From the NCBI GenBank assembly GCA_026023565.1, contig JAPETS010000024.1, positions 186,001-250,000 of the forward strand: DNA of 64,000 nucleotides. Reading direction: 5' to 3'. Position numbers and translations under genes: made by a program. The DNA is from Cirrosporium novae-zelandiae (taxonomy: Eukaryota). The notes beneath the pieces are model-generated. The model was not told the origin of the DNA, did no database searches, and was given only the letters and a program-made list of their open reading frames with translations. Shown here in pieces: positions 38,201 to 51,761 of the stretch (the first letter of the stretch is position 1; each line of letters opens with the position of its first letter).

Positions 38201-40551
38201 TTAAGGAATGGTTCGCACATATCGGTTGTCCAAGTCTGCGATCTGTATTATTAATTGTGCCTTTGAAAATGGTTAGTCCCTATAATTCCATAAAACCGGT
38301 ACCCCAAGCTCTTACTTTGCTCCTCTTCCACTGTTTTGCATCCCAGTAGATATAAACGCCCCTTTCCGCTTCAAGTCCGCAAGGAACTGGCGGCCCCATG
38401 CTTTGATCCGGCGAAAGCCAAATTTGTTCTTTCTTATGCCATCTCCAATTTCGATTGCTCCTAGTGCTATTAGTTGTTGACATTTGTACAGAATGGTAAA
38501 TCTTACAGTTCGGCTGCCACAATCTCTTGCATAATGTCTCTTGTCATATTATAGAAAATATAAAATAACGTTTCATCAGAGAAACTGGATACCTTGGTCT
38601 GGATAGGGCATACGTTCGCTACCTTGTAGCAGGCTGGAATCGTAAAGTCGGGTTCAAGAGGCCGAGAGTTGGATTCCGCAAATGGAGAAATAAAATTATC
38701 ACACAGTGGCCTAATCCGGAGTCAGCATAAGCGAGGCACATATCTATATTGGTGATTCCGATTAGACTAACTCAGGGGAGTTGAGATCTAAACCAAGAGT
38801 TGTTAGGTCTTGCCCTGTTGCCAAGCTCTGTATATCCTGGCTTTCGTTGCGCATCATTGCAAATAATCCCGGTAAGCTATATCTCTCTGATTCGCTCATC
38901 TGGGAAAGCACCTGCTGATCGGTATTCTGATGTCCACTAGGTGAAACAGGTGCGTCTCCACCCAGACCACCATTTAACCCCCCTGGGGGTAGCGATCGCG
39001 GTAATTGGGGTGGCGATTGGGATGAACCGAGTGTTCTTTGATCTGGAATAGAGTCTGTTCTTAAATTTTGTAGGGTTGTAACGTTCGGGTCATTGGATGT
39101 ACCGTTTTGAGGGAGGCGCATGGAATTCGTATCCTACATATTACAAATTAAATGATGCCTAGATAGTTTATAACAAAAAATACTCACCGGCCGATCATCA
39201 TCAGTTAAGCCGTTTTGCGTAGTCCGATTGGGGTCAAGGGGTGACCGAGATGCTGACAAGCCTTGTACCCTGGTTAGATACTCGTCGTCTTTCAAAAAAG
39301 GGTAGACCTACCCCCTGCATCTAAAGGCCCTGGTGAAATCATTCGAGAGCCATGATCTTGGTTCCCCAAAAGGTCCGTGACAGCGTTCCGTGGACGCATG
39401 CCTCCAAACCCTGGAGCACTTCCAAATCCATTCAGCCCTACACTTTGCATCAAACTCCCTCTCCGGTCTTGTGTTACATCTCCTACAGCATTCCTTCCTA
39501 GAGGTGGAAATTCGTCGATACTACCTGTCTGGGGCTGTACGGAGCCCGCTTGCTGCGATATCGGATTCTGATTCGAGTGTCTGTAATCTTCCAAACCACT
39601 TGCAAATTGTGCACCACTTGGAAACATATCTTGCTGTTGTGAGTGTTGCTGTTGCGACTGTGAAGGCGGCTGCGATGGAGTCTGGTTCGAGGTTGTTTGA
39701 GTAGTATTGCTGTGCAGTTGTTGAGCTCGTTGTGGGGCGGTATTTTGTTGGGCTGCTCGTTGACTGACATTTGCCCATAACGCCTGGCCTGGATTTTGGT
39801 GGTGTGTTTGGGGTGTGCCAGAGAGCGAAGGAAACTCACTACCAAAGTCAAGGTTAAAAAATGATTGTTGCATTTTGATGCAAAACTCGATGCTCACGGG
39901 AAATGAAGAGAATTGTAGAGATGAAATTATCATATTTATAGTTGAGACTTACGACAAATCTAAAGGTGTACCAGACTGTGATGCCCCGATGGACTGCGCA
40001 AAGCTCCCAGCATTTGCAGGTCGCGGCTGCCCGTCCGACAGGCCAGGTACAACTGAAGGAAGACCACCGTAACCCCATCCCGATCCTATTCCTATAGCGA
40101 TAAATTCACTCCAAATTAGCAATCATTTACAGTTCCGAATCCGAATAGCTCGATATTGAGTCATGCAAAGACGGGCCTACCTATTTGAGATTTTTGGAGT
40201 CTTGTGGAGCTTAACGGTTGGGTGCGTGTCTGTCCTGGTTGTTGGCTAGGAAATCCTGAAAGACCTCTGAGCGTTTGAGGGCCGGTTCCTACGTATTTCA
40301 TTCTCATCAGCTGCTCCCAGTCTTTATCTGCATCCACATTATAAAGAGAAAAAAGCGTTTAATTGTCCATAGAGCCTTCTATTATCGATATTCTTAGCCC
40401 CCTTCACAGTCGGCAGAGGACCATAGAAGACAAGATACATCTCCGGGGAATAAGAAGGTGGCATTCATTATAAGAATTTTTCGAGGACTTGAATTGGTAC
40501 GGCCTAGAAAGAGGGCTGGAGAGGCAGGAAGGACCAACCTGGCCGATTCAT
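38201..40551 (-). CDS. NOT2: CCR4-NOT subunit Not2 (Cdc36), multi-exon
   Basis: Q/G/S-rich N-terminus; GQDLTTLGLDLNSP, EPDFTIPACY, SDETLFYIFYNM, RNWRWHKKEQIWL and ERGVYIYWD (NOT box). The 5' exon ATGAATCGGCCAG was inferred. Confidence 0.9.
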
Positions 40552-41414
40552 GTTGAGTTATAATTAATACTGGGAGCAGGACTTCCAGTCTCTGAAGGAT
40601 ACGCGGACCGATGGGCTTTCTCTCTTCGTCGATTCAAATTAATCGTCGTGACTGTTTGGTTTGGGTGGTTTGGAGTTGGTAGTCGCCCTGATGGCGTTTG
40701 AAGGACTAGTGGTTCAAGTGATTAAACTCACAGTAGGTAGGATCTACATGAGACTAAGGGCAGAAAGGGAAAAGTGGCCGGGCCCCACTAATAGGGCTGA
40801 AAGTGAGGGGATGAGGAAGCGGAACTCTAGCAGAGCCTCAGGCCCTCAGCGCTCTCTATCTGATTGACATGTGATTTGTACTCTATAAAGGATTGTTTAT
40901 CAGGTCTCCCATGCTTCCTATGCACTTTTTGCCTGACCGAGAATTTCCTTCTTTTACGTCCCTTTTTCTGGCCTACAATACTACAAGATATGAAGTCCTG
41001 AAGCCTATGGAAATGCCATATCAAGATTGCCAGATTGAACTTTCCTTCTATACAAAGTAAACTTCTATTTTAGCTCCTTTCATATAAAGTTAAATGAAAG
41101 AATTCCATATCTAATATTTTCAATGTATATCATATTGAAATAACGATATTCCTACCTAATGTTCACTGTGCAACCATGACAACATAAGTCACCATTTCCT
41201 TGATGTTGTATTAGTAACATTCAGAGAGCTGATAAGCAAAAATACTATTAGCATAGACGAGGGATATATTGATTGTCTTATGTAGATGCAAAGATGTACG
41301 AGAGTAACTTCTCCTAGGAATAACTTTGTAAACTGCCCAAGCTTATATGGATGGTGATCACGTGACTCTGTAGTAACCTTCATGTGATTCCCGGCCGCGA
41401 AAAATAATCTGTAA

Positions 41415-42505
41415 ATGCTCTCCACTCTCATCACCATGATGGCTCACCCATCATGTACCAGGGCTTTATGGGATATTCAATTGAGGCCATTTAGCTCTCT
41501 TCCAGCATACCTAGTCCCAGCTTTAGCCAAATCCTATACTTCCATTTCCTCCCGACGATGCCCTTTTTCCACCTCTTCTCGCACGGCTTTCCCGAGAGAC
41601 CGTAATCCCAATCGAGGTGTTTCTGCACTGCATAGGACTGGTACTCGGTATCCATTATCTGTATCGAAAGATCCTCTCCCACAACCAGCCAACATAGAGG
41701 CGCGTCCTCTACCGGAGACAGATCCTAACCATGGTCTATGGGGGTTCTTCAACGAAGACAAGAAGGCGCTGGCTTCCCCCGAAAACCTTTACTCTCACGG
41801 TACTTGGTCTTAATTTTCTTAGATGTACAATACTTATAGTATAATTTAGGAAGAGCCTGGGCAGTCGAAGAGTTACGCCACAAATCGTGGGAAGATTTGC
41901 ATTGCTTATGGTGGAAATGCGTTCTGGAAAGAAATCGGATAGCAACCCAAAACCATGAAAGGGATAGGTGCAAAGCAGGTTATGGAGATTATGAGGCTGA
42001 TCGACGAGACGAGACGGTATGTTGGTGTAGTTTCACTCACTCAACCTAGTTCCCATCAAATTAGGATAAAAGAGAGCTCGTGCGACGACTTAACTCACAC
42101 AATCCACTTAGAACCGATTCTTACATCTTTAACCAGACCCTCAAATGCAAAACACACAGCTCTTACACTTTGCGTTTTAATATTTTTAAGATTACGAAGC
42201 TTACTATTTCCTTTTTCATAGGTTCGTCACACACAGAGAGCTATCAAACAGACGCTCACCGAGAGATGGTATGCCTGGCAGCAAGCAAAAATTGAGGCTA
42301 GGTCGGATGACGATCTTGATTATGTTCCTGGCGTACGTGCAGTAGTGAAAAGCCAATTACAAGTATGAGCATCTCCTATAAGCAAGACCAACTTTTACCT
42401 AACAGAATATAGGACATTCCTACCGATGAAAGCTCCCAGGACGTCGACATGTCCGAAGAACCCGTCAAGGATGACTCCCCTAACAAGAAGGATGCAGTGA
42501 TTTAA
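41415..42505 (+). CDS. MRPL4: Mitochondrial 54S ribosomal protein L4 (uL29m, MRP-L47 family), 4 exons
   Basis: Presequence-like N-terminus; HGLWGFF, GRAWAVEELRHKSWEDLHCLWWKCVLERNRIATQ and IKQTLTERWYAW. Confidence 0.92.
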
Positions 42506-42994
42506 TGATGGATTTAATACATGGAGATTTTCAGGAAAGTTATTGTCATCTTGGGCTTCTACTTAAGTACTGCGTAAGAAATCTATATACATTACAACGC
42601 CAAGAGGCTGGACACTGTATATTATTACTATGTACATGTACATGTACAACTAGAAATTGTCGTAGTAAATAAAGACATTTAATTGAAAATTGCCATCTCA
42701 TGAAGGGATTATTCTAATTAAATATTTAGGATGATTAAAAAACACCAGGGGAAAAATGGAGACAATTGCAACATAAACCAATTGTAATATTTGATCATAG
42801 TTTAGAGCCAATTTTGTTAGTAGTCTGGGCGTGACGAGGGGCTCTGGCAGCGATGCCATGATGGCAGTCTCTAGAACCGCGAACCACGCATTAGAGCTAC
42901 CAGCACACCACACCGCCAACTTTTTCACATTTTCACAAACCTGCTCGCGACAACAACCCATTAAGATACCCGTTCTTAAATTCTTTTTAGCATC

Positions 42995-44762
42995 ATGGAT
43001 GAGATTGCTCCCGAGTATGATGTTGTTGTGCTAGGCACAGGTTAATTACCCCGCCTTTTGAATGATTGTTCTATACAAACTGACCGTATGAAGGCTTGAC
43101 CGAATGTGTCCTCTCAGGGTATACTAAAAATGAGGTCTTTGAATTCTTTAGAATATTGCTAATAGGCTTTGAAGCGTTCTCAGTGTCAAGGGAAAGAAAG
43201 TCTTGCACATCGATCGCAATGATCACTATGGCGGGTGGGTTTCAACATCTAAAGGCTTCTTGTCTTTGTCAATGCTGATACCCTTTACAGTGAAGCTGCA
43301 TCTGTCAACATCGAAACTGTCCGCCTCCTATCCATTTTTTACAAGAAATTTGCTAATAATCTTAGCTATTTAAAAAATACGGTAACTATCAAAATGGAGA
43401 AGAACCTTGGAAGAAGTATGGACGCCTGAATGACTGGAACATTGATCTCGTCCCAAAGCTCCTTATGTCTAATGGCGAATTGACCAATATCTTGGTATCG
43501 ACCGATGTCACCCGCTACCTTGAGTTCAAACAGATTGCTGGAAGTTATGTACAAATTGGCGCTGGAGCCAAGGCCAACGTGGCTAAAGTGCCCTCGGATG
43601 CAGCAGAGGCATTGCGGTCACCATTGATGGGGCTCTTCGAGAAGAGACGGGCTAAGAAATTTCTGGAGTGGGTGGGAGCCTTTAATGAGGATGATCCAGC
43701 AACATTCTCTGGTTTGTGTACATGATTGGACGTGGAAAATATATACTAATTTTGTAATAGGCCTGAATCTAAACCAATGCACTATGAAGGATGTATATGA
43801 TAAGTTCGGACTCGAAGCAACCACAAGGGACTTCATCGGCCATTCAATGGCACTTTATCAAACAGATGAGTACCTTGATATCCCAGGACAGGCCAAAGAT
43901 GCCGTTGCCCGCATTAGACTCTATGTGAACTCGATGGCTCGCTATGGCAAATCCCCATACATCTATCCTCTCTATGGCTTAGGCGAGCTTCCTCAAGGCT
44001 TCGCTCGACTCTCGGCCATCTATGGTGGAACATACATGTTGAACACGTCAATTGATGAAGTTCTTTACGAAGACGGTAAAGTTTCCGGCATCAGGGCTAC
44101 GATGAAGGAGCGCGGTGAGGAGGGCGAGGGAATGAAATTCACCACAAAGACAAAGAAAATCCTAGCAGATCCTTCATACTTCCCTGACAAGGTTAAGGTT
44201 GTTGGCCATCTCCTGAAGGCCATCTGCATTCTCACGCATCCAATTATAAGCACCGAAAACAGCGACTCTCTTCAACTGATCCTTCCACAGTCCCAAGTTG
44301 GACGACACCATGGTAAGTCAACCTTTAATTCCCTGGGAATTGAATCTAACATGGTATTAGATATCTACATTGCCATGGTTTCGTCCGCACATAACGTTTG
44401 CCCCAAAGGCTACTACATTGCCATAGTTTCCACAATCGCCGAAACTGACAGCAACCATCATCTCGAACTCCAGCCTGGTTTGGATTGTCTTGGCAAGATT
44501 GAGGAGAAGTTCATGGGTCCCCCTATCCCACTATATGAACCATTGGAGAATGGTGTCAATGATCAAATTTTCATTTCTAAAAGCTATGATGCCACAAGCC
44601 ACTTTGAAACCACAACAGGTACATGCTCTTCATGATAGAGAATGAATAGTAGCTAACTCTCCACAAACAGATGATGTTAGGGATATTTACCAGCGTGTTG
44701 AGGGACAAGAATTGGTAGTTGAAGGCTTACGAGAAGGCCACAACTTGGTTGGGGAGGAGTAA
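42995..44762 (+). CDS. GDI1: Rab GDP-dissociation inhibitor, multi-exon
   Basis: MDEIAPEYDVVVLGTGLTECVLSG, LHIDRNDHYGGE, DWNIDLVPK, YGKSPYIYPLYGLGELPQGFARLSAIYGGTYML and SYDATSHFETT. Confidence 0.97.
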
Positions 44763-45214
44763 ATTAGAGTACTCGGATATCGTTTTGGGGGCGTATCCTT
44801 CCATAGGGTCCATTTAAGGCAATCTGAGCAAGCATTGAAGATATGATAATGCAGCGGACTGGATCTGATCAGAATTTTACTCTTTAAAGATTTGCAAGTA
44901 GTATTTAGCGTCAAAGTAAACCATGATTATGAGAGTGTTGGAATGTCTCTCCACCTGACGGTTTATACAATTATTCCGAGGAAATGTTACGCTAGCTACC
45001 TAGAAGCCTCAGGCAACAAATTACTAATCACCCCAGATGTAAACAATCAACAACAGAAACAAATTTCATGATCATTTGCTTCCTTGACTAAGCATTGTGT
45101 ACGCATTCTAAAAATTTCTCTTCATGCTACTTGTAGTTGATTGGATTCTCTTTTACGCCTTCAACATTCTTGCACCTAGACCAAGCGTAGCTCTGCGCGG
45201 AGAGAGCTAACAAA

Positions 45215-48200
45215 ATGAGAGTTGTTGAGATTATTATTGATGTGCGGTTTCCTGTGAAATTAGCTCTGTACAATTCTAAATTTCTATACAGGGTTTCAAG
45301 TCCTATGCTGTGCGAACGGTGATTTCAGGATGGTAAGGTAACTTCAAGTACTCTTGATGCGCATCGACTGACCTATGGGGTCTGGAAACAGGGACGAGAG
45401 CTTCAATTCTATAACAGGTCTCAATGGAAGTGGAAAATCTAATATTCTCGACGCAATATGTTTTGTCCTCGGTATTACGAATATGAGCACTGTTCGGGCT
45501 CAAAACTTACAGGTACAGCCTACTTTCTTTGAATGGTGCAAAACGCAAGGCTAATCCGTATTCCATTAGGATTTAATTTACAAACGTGGTCAAGCTGGCG
45601 TTACAAAAGCTAGTGTAACTATTGTATTCGACAATCATGACAAGAATAAATCACCAATAGGATTCGAGGAGTATGCGCAGATCTCAGTGACGCGACAAAT
45701 AGTACTTGGGGGTACTTCAAAATATCTTATCAATGGGCATCGTGCGCAGCAACAGACAGTACAAAACCTATTTCAGTCGGTCCAGCTGAACATCAACAAT
45801 CCAAATTTCTTGATTATGCAGGGACGAATAACGAAAGTGCTGAACATGAAACCAGTGGAGATACTTGCGATGATTGAGGAAGCAGCAGGCACCAGAATGT
45901 TTGAGGATAGAAGAGACAAGGCATTCAAAACAATGGCAAAGAAGGAGATGAAGGTTCAAGAAATCCAAGGCCTTCTGAGGGAGGAAATCGAGCCCAAGCT
46001 CGAGAAGCTAAGAGGAGAGAAGAGGGCTTTTCTCGATTTCCAGCAGACCCAAAACGATTTGGAAAGGTTGACAAGATTAGTTGTTGCTTATGATTATGTG
46101 CGGAATACAGAGAAATTACGACAAAGTGCCAGTGATCTAGAAACAAAGAAAGATAGAGTCAGGGAGCTTGATGATTCTGCAGTACGGTTGAAGACCGAAA
46201 TTGGACATCTTGAAGAGGATGTTAGGAAGGTCAAGGAGGCCAGGGATAAAGAACTGAAAAAAGGTGGAAAGTTCCAAGCTTTAGAGGACGAAGTTAAGCA
46301 CCAATCTCATGAGATGGTTCGACTGAATACGGTCATGGACCTGAAGAAGACTAGTATGACAGAGGAAAGTAGCAAACGAAAAGATATTGAAAAATCGGTT
46401 GCAGAGCTAGAGTCCTTGCTAGAAAAAGAGACAAAAGCCTACAAGAAGCTACAAGCTCAGTATGATGCCGACAAAGCAGAGCTAGATAAACAAAATGACG
46501 AGGTCGAGAAAAAGGAAGAGCTCCTTCAAACTCTGCAGACTGGTGTTGCTTCGAAGGAAGGCCAGGAAAGTGGATATCAGGGACAACTTCAGGATGCCCG
46601 AAATCGTGTGAGCACGGCAGCTACAGAGCAAGAGCAGGCTAAACTAAAAATATCACATCTCGAGAAACGGATTAAGGAAGAGGAGCCCCGGGCTAAGAAG
46701 GCCAAGGAGCAGAACTCTGGGCTCCTCAACGACCTTGACGGACTAAAGAAGCAGGCAAAGAAGTTGGAATCGGACTTGAAGAATATCGGTTTCGACCCTG
46801 AAATGGAACAACAGATGCATGATGAACAAGACACTCTACAAAAGCGGATCCGAGAGCTTCGAGAGAATGCTGATTCCATGAAACGGAGGGTTGCAAACAT
46901 CGATTTCAACTACCAAAACCCGACACCCGACTTTGACCGTTTCCGTGTTAAAGGCCTCGTTGCACAGCTTTTCTCTTTAGACAAGGAGAAGACAATGGCC
47001 GGGACTGCACTCGAGATATGTGCGGGTGGAAGACTTTACAACGTCGTTGTCGATACCGCAGAAACAGGTACTCAGCTTCTACAGCATGGCAAACTTCGCA
47101 AAAGGGTTACTATTATCCCTCTCAATAAGATCGCAGCGTTCAGGGCCTCGGCTGAGAAGATTACAGCTGCACAGAAGCTCGCTCCTGGGAAGGTAGACCT
47201 TGCGTTATCCTTGATCGGATATGAAGACGAGGTCTCTGCCGCAATGGAGTATGTTTTTGGTTCAACTCTCATTTGTAATGATGCGGACACAGCAAAAAAG
47301 GTTACATTTGATCCTTCAGTCAGAATGAAGAGTGTGACTCTCGAAGGTGATGTCTATGATCCGTCTGGTACCCTTTCTGGAGGAAGCGCCCCAAATTCAA
47401 GTGGGGTACTTGTCATACTGCAAAAGTACAATGAAATCCTAAAGGAATTGAGGTCTCAGGAGAGAAGACTGGCAGAGCTACAGGGGTTGATGGCACGAGA
47501 CAATAAAAAAATGGACTCGGCAAGAAAGACCAAGCAGGAGCTAGATCTGAAAGTTCACGAGATTCAATTGACTGAGGAACAGATCAATAGCAATTCGTCA
47601 TCATCGGTAAGTGGTTATTTCTAAACCTATCATGAACGTTATTGACGGTGACAGATTATACATGCTGTTGAAGAGATGAAAGTGAATGTCGTTCAGTTGA
47701 AAGAAGACATCTCAAATGCCAAGAAGCGAGGGGCAGAAGCCTCTGCAGATGTGAAGCGAATTGAGAAGGATATGAAAGAGTTCAGCAGCAATAAAGATAA
47801 CAAGCTTGCCGAGCTCCAGTCTTCTTTAGAGTCACTGAAAAAGGGACTGAGCAAGAAATCGGTATCGGTCAAAACAATGCAGAAAGAACTCCAGAATGCT
47901 AGATTAGAAACGGAGCAGACTGGTGGTGACTTGGCAGCAGCCAAGGAACAGCTTGCAGATGTTGACACAACACTAAAGAACCAAGAACTTGAGATCGAGT
48001 CACTGCAAAAGGATCACGCGAAAGTTAAGGATTCTTATGATATTGCGCAGGCACAGTTAGACGAAGAGAGAGCGAAACTGACGGGATTTGACGAGGAATT
48101 GAAGGCTCTTGAAGATGCGTCCCGGTCAAAATCAAGTCGGATCACAGAGGAAGGTCTTGAGTTACAGAAACTAGGCCATCAAATCGAGAAGTTCCATAAA

Positions 48201-49023
48201 GACCAGCAGGCGGCTACACAAATAGTGGCAAACATGGAGAAAGAGCACGAGTGGATTGAAGACGACAAGGAAAGTTTTGGCCGAGCCAATACACCTTACG
48301 ACTTCAAAGGCCAGAACATTGCTGAATGCAAGTCGTCTCTTCGCAATCTCACTGAAAGGTTTCAGGGTATGAAAAAGAAGATTAATCCCAAGGTCATGAA
48401 CATGATTGATAGTGTCGAGAAGAAAGAGACTTCTCTAAAAAACAACATGAGAACCGTCATTCGAGATAAGAGGAAGATTGAGGAGACAATTAGCAGCCTT
48501 GACGAATATAAGAAGGAGGCACTACAAAAAACCTGGACAAAAGTCAACGCAGATTTTGGTCAGATCTTTGCGGATCTATTGCCCGGGAGTTTTGCGAAAC
48601 TAGATCCACCAGAGGGAAAGACAATTTCAGATGGTTTGGAGGTCAAAGTCATGCTGGGGAAGGTTTGGAAGCAAAGCTTAACTGAACTTAGTGGCGGTCA
48701 ACGGTAGGTTTACTTGCCTCTATTCTACACATTCAAACAACAGCTAACATCACAACAGTTCCCTAATCGCCATATCTCTAATCATGGCCCTTCTGCAATT
48801 TAAGCCTGCTCCAATGTACATTCTCGACGAAGTAGATGCTGCCTTGGATCTCTCACACACGCAAAACATTGGCCGCCTTATCAAAACCAAGTTCAAGGGC
48901 TCACAATTCATCGTCGTGAGTTTGAAAGATGGTATGTTCCAAAATGCAAACCGTATTTTCAGGACAAGGTTTAGTGAGGGGACGAGTGTAGTACAGGCGC
49001 TTACACCTGCTGATTTAAGATGA
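45215..49023 (+). CDS. SMC2: Condensin subunit SMC2 (Cut14), multi-exon
   Basis: GFKSYA, Walker [31 protein letters not shown], hinge region, ELSGGQR, and Walker [14 protein letters not shown]. Confidence 0.97.
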
Positions 49024-49895
49024 GGGGGGTTGGTTACGGCGCCCTGGTTAACGATGTATATGAAACTTCTGAGTTGATGGAATCGGGCTGGAATGGAGAT
49101 GGTATGCTCCTGGATTATGCTTCTTGTGAAGGTGGGTTATGGGTGTAGCATATATATATGAGCTGACTGTGTATGCATATTACAGGGTTGATTTAGATGA
49201 TGTGAATGATAACGCCCTTTTAATTGGTCCATGTAATTTCTGGGTTGTAAATTCCATTAAAAATGTAAGAAACTTTCAGGTAACACTCTATTCTATTAGC
49301 TGCAATCTGGTGGTAGAAATACAACTTATTTAAACAACATCGATCAACAAAAAACGGGCCGAGGCCTGAGCTTATACCGGCGATCTCTACAAAAATTACG
49401 GGGTGGCGAGTGCTCCGAAATCTCCGTTGGCCGTTTTGCTGAGTTGTTGCCGCAAAAAAAGGTGCTCGTTTTCCAACCCCCTCCTCCCTTTCCCTTCTCC
49501 GTAATAAATTCTAATAACACCATCATTTTATTTCCAAAAATCTTCTCAAATAACTACGGATTTGATTATTTATTACTCACACAGGATTGTTGCTTACCAG
49601 CTCCCATTGAAGAAAACGAAAAATAATATCTTGGTATTTTTGTTTTGCTTTTTTTTTGATCGGTACGAACCTTTTTTGTTGATAATTGTGCTACTGCGTT
49701 GTCAGTTATCCCAATACCAATCCCCTCCTCTCCTCGTCTCCTTCAAAAGGCTGCTGCAATTAAAATCAAAGACGAGGCAAACACTTTTGTCTGACTCTTA
49801 CCTACCTACCTATCTTACAACTCCCCTTCCCCCCCCCTCACCCCACCATCCGAACCTTCCCAAAAGGCCGTTTACAACAACATAATAAATCTCCA

Positions 49896-50596
49896 ATGTC
49901 TACCCAAGACCCCGCTGTCGCAGGCGACTCCATTAACATACCCTCCCTGATTGCCGTAATTGTGGTCGGATTTATCGTGATACGGTGGTTCCTAGGCCCT
50001 TCTAGTAATGGTGATGCATCATCAGGCGCGGGAGGCAGAGCGGGAAGACGCGTGGATCCTAGAGCGGTAGAGCAGATCATTTCGATGTTTCCGCAAGCGA
50101 GTAGGAGGGATGTGGAATGGGATTTGAGGAGGAATGGGGGGAGTGTAGCAACTACGACGGAGAGGATTTTGGGGGGGAGGGGGTTGGATATTGTGAGTGT
50201 TTCTTTGTTTCTTTTAGGTTTTGGTTTTTGGGTAGGGTGGATGTTATATATGAATGCACATGCTAATCTCGATTGTTTTCTATTCTAATCTAGCCACCGC
50301 CTTCGTTCCAGCCGCAAACTGTTCCGCCTAACCATCCTGAATCTCAACCTAAACCTACCATCCCTTCGCATCCAGATCTAATTACACGATACAATCTCCA
50401 GTCTAGAATTGCCGAGTCTTCTCCTAATGATGAAGTCTCGGCTTCGGGTGCGGATGCGAGGTCCCAGAATGCTTGGTCTCAGGACAAAGGGGAGCGACAC
50501 CGAATGATGCAGCAGCGGAGAGACGATATGATTCTCGCGGCGCGGAGGAAGCTGTTGGAAGAGGATAGGAAGAAGGCCGAAGAGGCAGGGAAGTAA
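49896..50596 (+). CDS. CUE-domain membrane protein (Cue1-like ERAD cofactor), 2 exons
   Basis: N-terminal TM (LIAVIVVGFIVIRWFL), CUE motif SMFPQ...DLRRNGGSVATTTERIL, C-terminal DLITRYNL and MMQQRRDDMILAARRKL. Confidence 0.85.
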
Positions 50597-50852
50597 TAGT
50601 AGCATGGAAAATATTTTTCGTATGCTCGTTTGTAGCTAGCTGCCCTCTGCTACAAAGATGAGGTTAGGTCTTTCGGTATATTGGCGGATATGGTATATAA
50701 ATGCTAGGTTGGTTGGTAGATCTCTTATTTATGGGAATATTCTGTTGTCATCGCGCCTCGATTTTTTGGCCTGGCTGGAGGAAGGGAGGACCTTGTGGCG
50801 TTGTAGGGCATTAAAGGCGTTTGTCAAGCACATCAAGCATGTCACATAAGGT

Positions 50853-51761
50853 TTATAGAGCCATGTCCTCATCTTCATCTTCGTCTACTGTGCGGCTATC
50901 CTCATTTTCTTCGGCCTCTCTTTCCTTTCTAGCTTGTTCGGTTGATGCGCCGATCATTCTAGAAACGGTAGTTAGTAGGCATTTGGATATATGTAGATAA
51001 AGTGATGTCGCAGGCAATTATCGTACCTTAATCCATCTACCACTCCTGTAATAAACGCCCTCCCTTCTCCAAGCTCCATAGCCCCTACCCCGCGTAGAGA
51101 AACGCCGCCGCTTCCTTCCAAGGCTGATATACCTGCCCTCATTTTTGCCATCCTTACTTCCCTCAGATCACGCATCAATCGCCGGATTGCGCCTGGATCA
51201 GGCAGATCATCAGGAGCAGCTTCGAGCAATATCTCTCCTATTTCAAGCCAATGGTATGGCAAGGCGTCGTTAGGAGCACTAGCGGTAGCGGACGGTACGA
51301 ATGGCGGGGTAATGGGGTTGGAATTTCCTGCCGCTAGTGGGAGATCTGGTGGGCGTGTAAATGTCGGTATCTCTGTCTCATCATCGAGAATTGTTTGGAG
51401 GGCACCAGGATGTATCCATGGTGGGGGAAATATATTTGCTCGTTGTTGGCGCTTTAATAGGAGAGCGAGCCAGAGGGGAACTGTTGCTCGGTAGGGTGGT
51501 TGTAGAGATGGTGTCGAACCCTAGATAGTTCCCAAGGGTTAGAACAGGCATCATGGCCATACGTTTTTTATGGAATTAGAGTTATGACTATCTGTGGAAG
51601 AGAGATTCGAGAACTGTGGTAACGTACTCGTCGAGGTCTCAACTCACCCCTAGCAGTTCAAGGCCCTCCAGGCGCTGTCGAGGTATCACGGTGATCATTT
51701 CCATCTCGCAGAGGAAAGCGATTTCTGGTGGGGTTAACCCGGGACGTAATGGAAGAGCCAT
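50853..51761 (-). CDS. PSF2: GINS complex subunit Psf2, 3 exons
   Basis: [21 protein letters not shown]...[36 protein letters not shown] and DLREVRMAK. Confidence 0.94.

Noticed and set aside
9445..51761. CSM1, HOS3, SMC2 and PSF2 as a functional chromosome-biology gene cluster
   Set aside because: They are interspersed with unrelated housekeeping genes over 40 kb; ordinary gene order is the simpler explanation.
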